Positions 59,073-64,000 of a stretch of DNA of 64,000 nucleotides are shown in pieces. Source of the DNA: Fidelibacterota bacterium. Lineage in GTDB: Bacteria > Fidelibacterota > Fidelibacteria > Fidelibacterales > DSDE01. Positions within the stretch are counted from its first letter, which is position 1; each line of letters starts with the position of its first letter. The position numbers and the translations under genes were made by a program. The DNA lies in assembly GCA_046735395.1 (NCBI GenBank), contig JBJKQR010000063.1, positions 1 through 64,000 of the forward strand, read 5' to 3'. The notes beneath the pieces were generated by a model. It saw only the letters and a list, made by a program, of their open reading frames with translations. It was not told the DNA's origin and searched no databases.

Positions 59073-59309
59073 TTAAGCCTGGGTCTGCAGATAGTTCAGA
59101 ACGTCTCCGACGGTCTTCATCTTTTCCGCTTCTTCATCCGGAATGGAAATGTCAAATTTATCTTCCAGAGACATGATCAGTTCAACTGTGTCAAGAGAGT
59201 CAGCACCCAGATCATCAATGAATGATGCTTCCTTGGTAACTTTGCCTTCATCGACATTCAGTTTTTCAACAATGATTTCTTTCAGGTTTTCAAACGTAAT
59301 CTGAGCCAT
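59073..59309 (-). CDS. acpP: Acyl carrier protein
   Basis: [12 protein letters not shown]. Confidence 0.97.
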   Translation of the reverse strand: MAQITFENLKEIIVEKLNVDEGKVTKEASFIDDLGADSLDTVELIMSLEDKFDISIPDEEAEKMKTVGDVLNYLQTQA

Positions 59310-59371
59310 TTTTAGTTCCCTTTTTTTTGTTTTTTTAATTTACGGTTCAATTTTATGTTTCTCAACGTCAA

Positions 59372-60121
59372 TCACATCACCAGTCCGCCGCAGACAGACA
59401 GGACCTGACCGGTAATATAGTCAGATTCGCTGCTGCAGAGGAAGTGAACAGCCTTCGCCACGTCGTTCGTGCTTCCGAAACGTCCCAGGGGAATCTGTTT
59501 TTTATAATTCTCCTGAACTTCGGGAGCCAGTTTATCCGTCATATCCGTACGGATAAATCCGGGGGTGATGGCATTGCAGTTCACACCGCGGGATGCCAGT
59601 TCACGGGCTGTCACTTTGGTGAGTCCGATAACGCCGCTTTTCGAAGCAGCATAATTCGCCTGTCCGGCTGTTCCCAGAACACCGGAGACAGAAGCGATAT
59701 TCACAATCTTTCCTGATCTCTGTTTCATCATGACTTTGGAGATGGCCTGGCTGCAGAGAAAGGTTCCCTTCAGATTGATATCCAGCACCAGATCCCAGTC
59801 TTCCTCCTTCATCCGAAGCATCAGGTTGTCGCGGGTAATCCCGGCATTATTGACCCAAATGTCAATCTTCCCGTAGGTATCGGTGACAGTTTGAATGAGC
59901 GATTCAATATCTGCCTTCTTCGTGACATTACAGGCTACAGCCAGCGTTTCCGCCCCATCAGCCGCCAATTCGGCCGCTGTTGTTTTCGTCGTCTCAGCAT
60001 CAATATCGCAGATTACCACTCTGGCACCGGCCGCTGCGAGAACCGTGGCAATTTCCTTGCCGATTCCCCGGGCAGACCCTGTGATAACAGCAACCTGATC
60101 CTGTAAATCCTGCTGTGTCAA
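59372..60121 (-). CDS. fabG: 3-oxoacyl-ACP reductase
   Basis: TGSARGIG, NNAGITRD, NYAASK; TTG start at 60121 with AGGAGG SD. Confidence 0.95.
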   Translation of the reverse strand: MTQQDLQDQVAVITGSARGIGKEIATVLAAAGARVVICDIDAETTKTTAAELAADGAETLAVACNVTKKADIESLIQTVTDTYGKIDIWVNNAGITRDNLMLRMKEEDWDLVLDINLKGTFLCSQAISKVMMKQRSGKIVNIASVSGVLGTAGQANYAASKSGVIGLTKVTARELASRGVNCNAITPGFIRTDMTDKLAPEVQENYKKQIPLGRFGSTNDVAKAVHFLCSSESDYITGQVLSVCGGLVM

Positions 60122-60143
60122 TGTTCCTCCTTCGTTTGTTCCC

Positions 60144-61067
60144 TTAGTGTATTCCAACTGCTTCCAGATCGGTCACATTTGAGATCCCGTCCGGAGCCAG
60201 ATCCGAATCAATACGCTTAACCAGTCCCTGCAGTACTTTCCCGGGGCCCACTTCAATATATTTTTCGATGCCGTCCCGCTTCATGTTCAGAATGGTATCG
60301 GACCACAGCACCGCGCTTTCAATCTGCGAAATCAGATTGGCGGTAAGTTCAGCTGCATTCCGATGTTTTTCCGCATCCACATTGCAGTAGACATCCCGGC
60401 TCGCATCCTGCAGTGTCATCCCGCTTATTTTCTGAGACAGTTTTTCTGTCGCGGAACCCATGAGCGGTGAGTGAAAAGCGCCGCTGACTTCCAGCTGTAT
60501 GGCTCGTTTCGCTCCCAGTTCCTTGGCAATCTGCATGGCTTCCTGAACGGCTTCCACATGCCCGGATATGGCGACCTGTCCGGGGGAGTTGAAATTGGCA
60601 ATTTTTACAATTCCCAGAACGGAGGCCCGGTCACAGGCTTCCTGAATTTTTTCCCTGTCCAGATTCAGAATGGCAGCCATGGTGCCCGGATTTTTCTCAC
60701 CCGCTTCCTGCATGCTCTCGGCGCGGACCTTGACGAGTTCCAGTCCGTCTTCAAAACTGAAGACACCGGCAGCATGAAGCGCGGAATATTCTCCAAGGCT
60801 GTGTCCTGCCACAGCTGAAAATTGAAAATTATTATCCAGCAGAAGTTTCGTAATCACCGATGACACGACGTAGAGAGCGGGCTGGGTAACTTTCGTCTGA
60901 GTCAGCTCCTGCAGAGGCCCGTTGAAGCAGACGTTGGCCAGATCAAAACCCAGAATTTTCCCGGCGCGGTCAAACATGGACCGGGCAATATCGAAACTTT
61001 CATACAGATCCCGGCCCATCCCCACGCTCTGTGAAGCCTGTCCCGGAAAAATCAGTGCGATACTCAT
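60144..61067 (-). CDS. fabD: Malonyl-CoA-ACP transacylase
   Basis: FPGQ, GHSLGEY, VSGAFHS; start reset to ATG 61067. Confidence 0.95.
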   Translation of the reverse strand: MSIALIFPGQASQSVGMGRDLYESFDIARSMFDRAGKILGFDLANVCFNGPLQELTQTKVTQPALYVVSSVITKLLLDNNFQFSAVAGHSLGEYSALHAAGVFSFEDGLELVKVRAESMQEAGEKNPGTMAAILNLDREKIQEACDRASVLGIVKIANFNSPGQVAISGHVEAVQEAMQIAKELGAKRAIQLEVSGAFHSPLMGSATEKLSQKISGMTLQDASRDVYCNVDAEKHRNAAELTANLISQIESAVLWSDTILNMKRDGIEKYIEVGPGKVLQGLVKRIDSDLAPDGISNVTDLEAVGIH

Positions 61068-61072
61068 AGTTT

Positions 61073-62068
61073 TTACATTCCCCATTTGATCAGCATACTG
61101 CCCCAGGTGAATCCGGCACCGAAAGCAGCCAGAAGGAGCAGATCCCCTTCCTTGAGCCGGCCTTCCTGAACCGCATCCCAAATGCCGAGAGGCAGAGTGG
61201 CAGCTGTCGTATTGGCGTATTTTCCGATATTTATGAGAACCTTGTTGGGATCCAGGCCGATCCGTTCGGCCGTTGCATCGATGATACGCAGATTTGCCTG
61301 GTGAGGTATGAACAATGCCAGATCTTCACCGGTCAGATTATTGGCTTTCATAATCTGCTCCGAAACATCCTGCATGCCCTTGACGGCAAATTTGAATACG
61401 GATTTCCCATCCTGATAAATATAATGCATTTTGGCGTCAACTGTCTCATGCGTCGTGGGATTCAGCGATCCGCCGCCCTTCATGTACAGATATTTACCGC
61501 CTTCACCGTCCGTGTAGAGAATTTCATCCAGAACACCGGTCCCGTCATCAGACGGTTCCAGCAGCACAGCGCCGGCACCATCACCAAACAGGATGCAGGT
61601 ATTCCGGTCCGTATAATCCACAATGGAGCTCATTTTGTCAGCACCCACAACCACAACTTTTTTTGCGGTTCCGGCTTTGATAAACGACGCGCCGGTAGCC
61701 AGTGCAAAGAGAAAACCGCTACAGGCACCACTCAGGTCAAAACCCCAGGCTTTTTTAGTGCCCAGTTTGTCCAGAACCAATGCGGCTGTTGCAGGGAACA
61801 TCATATCCGGTGTAATGGTGGCAACGATGAGAATGTCAATTTCCGAAGCATCCATGCCCCGTGAATCCAGAAGTTCCTGCACGGCCTTCACGGTCATGTC
61901 GGAGGTGGTTTCTCCGTCCGCGGCAATGTGACGTTCCCGGATACCGGTACGTGTCACAATCCACTCATTATTGGTATCGATCATCTTTTCCAGATCGAAA
62001 TTATTTAGAATTTTTTCCGGGACATAATGTCCCACGGCTGTAATCTTTGCTGTGTTTTTCGCGTTCAT
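61073..62068 (-). CDS. fabH: 3-oxoacyl-ACP synthase III
   Basis: ACSGF, FGDGAGA, PHQAN, FGAGFTW. Confidence 0.96.
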   Translation of the reverse strand: MNAKNTAKITAVGHYVPEKILNNFDLEKMIDTNNEWIVTRTGIRERHIAADGETTSDMTVKAVQELLDSRGMDASEIDILIVATITPDMMFPATAALVLDKLGTKKAWGFDLSGACSGFLFALATGASFIKAGTAKKVVVVGADKMSSIVDYTDRNTCILFGDGAGAVLLEPSDDGTGVLDEILYTDGEGGKYLYMKGGGSLNPTTHETVDAKMHYIYQDGKSVFKFAVKGMQDVSEQIMKANNLTGEDLALFIPHQANLRIIDATAERIGLDPNKVLINIGKYANTTAATLPLGIWDAVQEGRLKEGDLLLLAAFGAGFTWGSMLIKWGM

Positions 62069-62079
62069 GATCTTCTCTG

Positions 62080-63117
62080 TTATGTCTGTGGTTCCTGTTG
62101 CAGCGGAAGCTTTTCGAGGTTTTTTTGCAGTAGGTCCAGCTTCCCGTTAATCTCCTGTGTCAGATTATGTCTTGCAAAGCGCTCTGCCGACAGCAGTGCA
62201 TTTCTCAGCGCCAGTGCGGACGAATGTCCGTGAGCCTTGACACTGATCCCGTCTACTCCCAATAACGGGGCTCCGCCATATTCTTCGTAATTCAAATCCT
62301 GTTTAATCTTTCTGAATGACCCTTTCAGCATCAGGCCGCCCAGTTTGGCCAGGGTGCTTCCCGAAACCTGCTTCTTCAGCTGAGACAGAAAGAACTCAAA
62401 GACAGATTCGCCGAATTTGATGAGAATATTCCCGACAAACCCATCGCTGATAACCACATCTGCCGCACCTTTCAGCACGCGATTGCCTTCCACATTCCCG
62501 ATAAAATTCGGCATGGTCTTTTCGAGAAGCTCAAAAGTGCTTCGGTCAAAATGACTGCCCTTGAATGCTTCTTCTCCGATATTCAGCAAACCCACACTGG
62601 GATTTTTCCGCTTCAGCAGAATTTCAGCATAGGTTGCAGCCATAAATCCGTTCTGAAGCAGATCCAGAGGTTTGGGTGACGGATTTGCGCCAACATCACA
62701 GAGGATACATCCGCCTTTTTCCGTAGGGATATACGCAGCCAGCGCGGGCCTGTGAACAGTGGCCAGACGACCCAGTGTCAGCAGCGAGGCAGACATGAGC
62801 GCACCGGTATTTCCTGCAGAAACAAAGGCATCTCCGGCTCCGGCCTTCAGATCCTTAATTCCCCGGACCAGTGAACTGTCACTTTTCTTCCTGATGGCAA
62901 TAAGCGGCGCTTCATGCATGGAAATGGCTTCGCTGCAGTGAACAATCTGCAGGCGGTCCGAAACGCCGGAGAACTTTTTCAGCTCATTACTCACGGCTGT
63001 CTCATCACCGTATAAAGAGATGATGAGGTCGGAACGCATGTTTAAAGCCTGCACGGCTCCGGCTACTGTTACCTCGGGGGCAAAATCGCCCCCCATGGCA
63101 TCAAGCAGGATTTTCAT
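62080..63117 (-). CDS. plsX: Phosphate acyltransferase
   Basis: DAMGGD, SAGNTGA, LLNIGEE, DGFVGN, HG. Confidence 0.96.
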   Translation of the reverse strand: MKILLDAMGGDFAPEVTVAGAVQALNMRSDLIISLYGDETAVSNELKKFSGVSDRLQIVHCSEAISMHEAPLIAIRKKSDSSLVRGIKDLKAGAGDAFVSAGNTGALMSASLLTLGRLATVHRPALAAYIPTEKGGCILCDVGANPSPKPLDLLQNGFMAATYAEILLKRKNPSVGLLNIGEEAFKGSHFDRSTFELLEKTMPNFIGNVEGNRVLKGAADVVISDGFVGNILIKFGESVFEFFLSQLKKQVSGSTLAKLGGLMLKGSFRKIKQDLNYEEYGGAPLLGVDGISVKAHGHSSALALRNALLSAERFARHNLTQEINGKLDLLQKNLEKLPLQQEPQT

Positions 63118-63136
63118 ATTTCAAAAGACAGGTAAA

Positions 63137-63319
63137 TTAGTTTTCTTTCGGTGTAATTACCGGTCGGCCATTGTAGTATCCGCAGTTCGGACATACATGA
63201 TGGGGCAGCTTGGGCTGATTACAGTGTGAGCAGGTCACCACCGTCGGCGCTGTAAACGTATAATGAGTTCTTCTCTTCGCACCCCGGGAATGAGAATGTC
63301 TCCGTTTAGGATTCGGCAT
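63137..63319 (-). CDS. rpmF: 50S ribosomal protein L32 (Zn-binding form)
   Basis: MPNPKRR.S..R...RR, CSHC...CPNCGYY. Confidence 0.96.
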   Translation of the reverse strand: MPNPKRRHSHSRGAKRRTHYTFTAPTVVTCSHCNQPKLPHHVCPNCGYYNGRPVITPKEN

Positions 63320-63334
63320 TTATAAACCTCCGTT

Positions 63335-63841
63335 TTAATTTAGATTCTTTTTGAGTTCATTCAGAGCAGCCCATCGCGGATCAATGCGATCATCTTCATG
63401 CTGGCACTGTTCATAGTTCTGGTTCGCCCCGCAAATCGTACAAAGTCCTTTGCATTCGGGCCGACAGCGTTTCTGTATGGGAATTTCCAGAAGAAACAGA
63501 TCCTTGAAAAAATCACTGAAGTCAATCTGTATATCATTTTTCCCAATCTGCATGACATCAACCTCTTCACTCTGTTCCGGGCCCTCTTCATTTTCTCCGC
63601 ACTTCACATAGAGATCGAATGAATGATGCACCGGGAGATCATAGTCCTCGAGGCAGATATCACAGCGCAGACTGAGTTTTCCTTCCACATATCCATGACA
63701 GAAATAATTTTCACCTACGCTGTATGCCGTGACAAGTGCTGAAGCCGGAGAAACCAGCTCCGGGATATCCAGATCCACATCCCGGATGCTGAATTCGAAG
63801 TTTTTTTCTGTGGACGTAATATGTGATCTTAGCACTTTCAT
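63335..63841 (-). CDS. yceD: DUF177/YceD family protein
   Basis: CDICL, C...CKGLC..CG.N.N, DPRW..L; upstream of rpmF. Confidence 0.92.
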   Translation of the reverse strand: MKVLRSHITSTEKNFEFSIRDVDLDIPELVSPASALVTAYSVGENYFCHGYVEGKLSLRCDICLEDYDLPVHHSFDLYVKCGENEEGPEQSEEVDVMQIGKNDIQIDFSDFFKDLFLLEIPIQKRCRPECKGLCTICGANQNYEQCQHEDDRIDPRWAALNELKKNLN

Positions 63842-63852
63842 TTTAGCTTGCC

Positions 63853-63881
63853 AATTTAATGCTTTGCATGGATTTAGTCAA
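63853..63881 (-). promoter_or_regulatory. Sigma70 promoter of the yceD-rpmF-plsX-fab operon
   Basis: TTGACT-N17-TAAATT; the -10 ends 11 nt before the ATG. Confidence 0.6.
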
Positions 63882-63934
63882 GCTGTTAGTAAACAGGCCC
63901 AGGTGATATTTTCACTTTAAAAAAACGGAGCGGA

Positions 63935-64000
63935 TCAGCTGTCTTCGCGGACGTTATCGATCCAGCAGGGCTTTCCTGTTTTCGTTTTAATCTGGTTCAT
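63935..64000 (-). CDS. Probable 3' end of a gene entering from beyond the window
   Basis: Open frame MNQIKTKTGKPCWIDNVREDS then TGA; too short to assign. Confidence 0.35.
   Translation of the reverse strand: MNQIKTKTGKPCWIDNVREDS

Noticed and set aside
61068..61181. N-terminal extensions in the ORF track (fabD; also holA, fabG, SBP, SDR, small Zn protein)
   Set aside because: They overlap upstream genes; downstream starts with an SD or ATGA coupling fit family N-termini better.
1..64000. CRISPR array, tRNA/rRNA, IS or prophage
   Set aside because: Intergenic gaps are all short (about 250 nt or less) with no spaced repeats or cloverleaf seen; no transposase, integrase or phage-like ORF recognised.

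Overview
A 64-kb window of a moderately GC-rich bacterium that uses genetic code 11 with selenocysteine recoding. Several traits point to the FCB superphylum, possibly a Marinimicrobia-like lineage (inferred, not verified): PNPFN/FlgD-type C-terminal sorting domains, porX next to tsaE, fabF next to rnc, DUF4159, and a YfhO-GT4 pair. The first 13 kb hold a degenerate AlbA_2/Schlafen-like protein, a secreted propeller/amidase/M1-peptidase operon whose amidase is broken by one in-frame TAA, a nikR-hybrid kinase-diguanylate cyclase unit, and an SDR fused to a helical domain. From 13.5 to 42.9 kb is a large surface-glycan region. It is interrupted by a Sec-containing selD with a clear SECIS hairpin (N-terminus missed by the ORF track), a PAP2 gene and a GNAT-RimK pair. 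Its core is a tightly coupled operon: TPR lipoprotein, two GT2, YfhO-like GT-C, GT4, D-glucuronyl C5-epimerase, amidotransferase, PIG-L N-deacetylase, sulfotransferase, WbqC, ATP-grasp and a NitT/TauT ABC transporter. This set echoes the logic of heparan-sulfate tailoring and is the best candidate for an undescribed system. From 43 to 64 kb is mostly housekeeping: a small Zn-ribbon protein, GAF-GGDEF, ECF sigma/anti-sigma, holA, uppP, pgeF, glmS, surE, accD, rimI, tsaB, tsaE, porX, rnc, the fab/plsX cluster, rpmF and yceD. No rRNA, tRNA, CRISPR array or transposase was seen.
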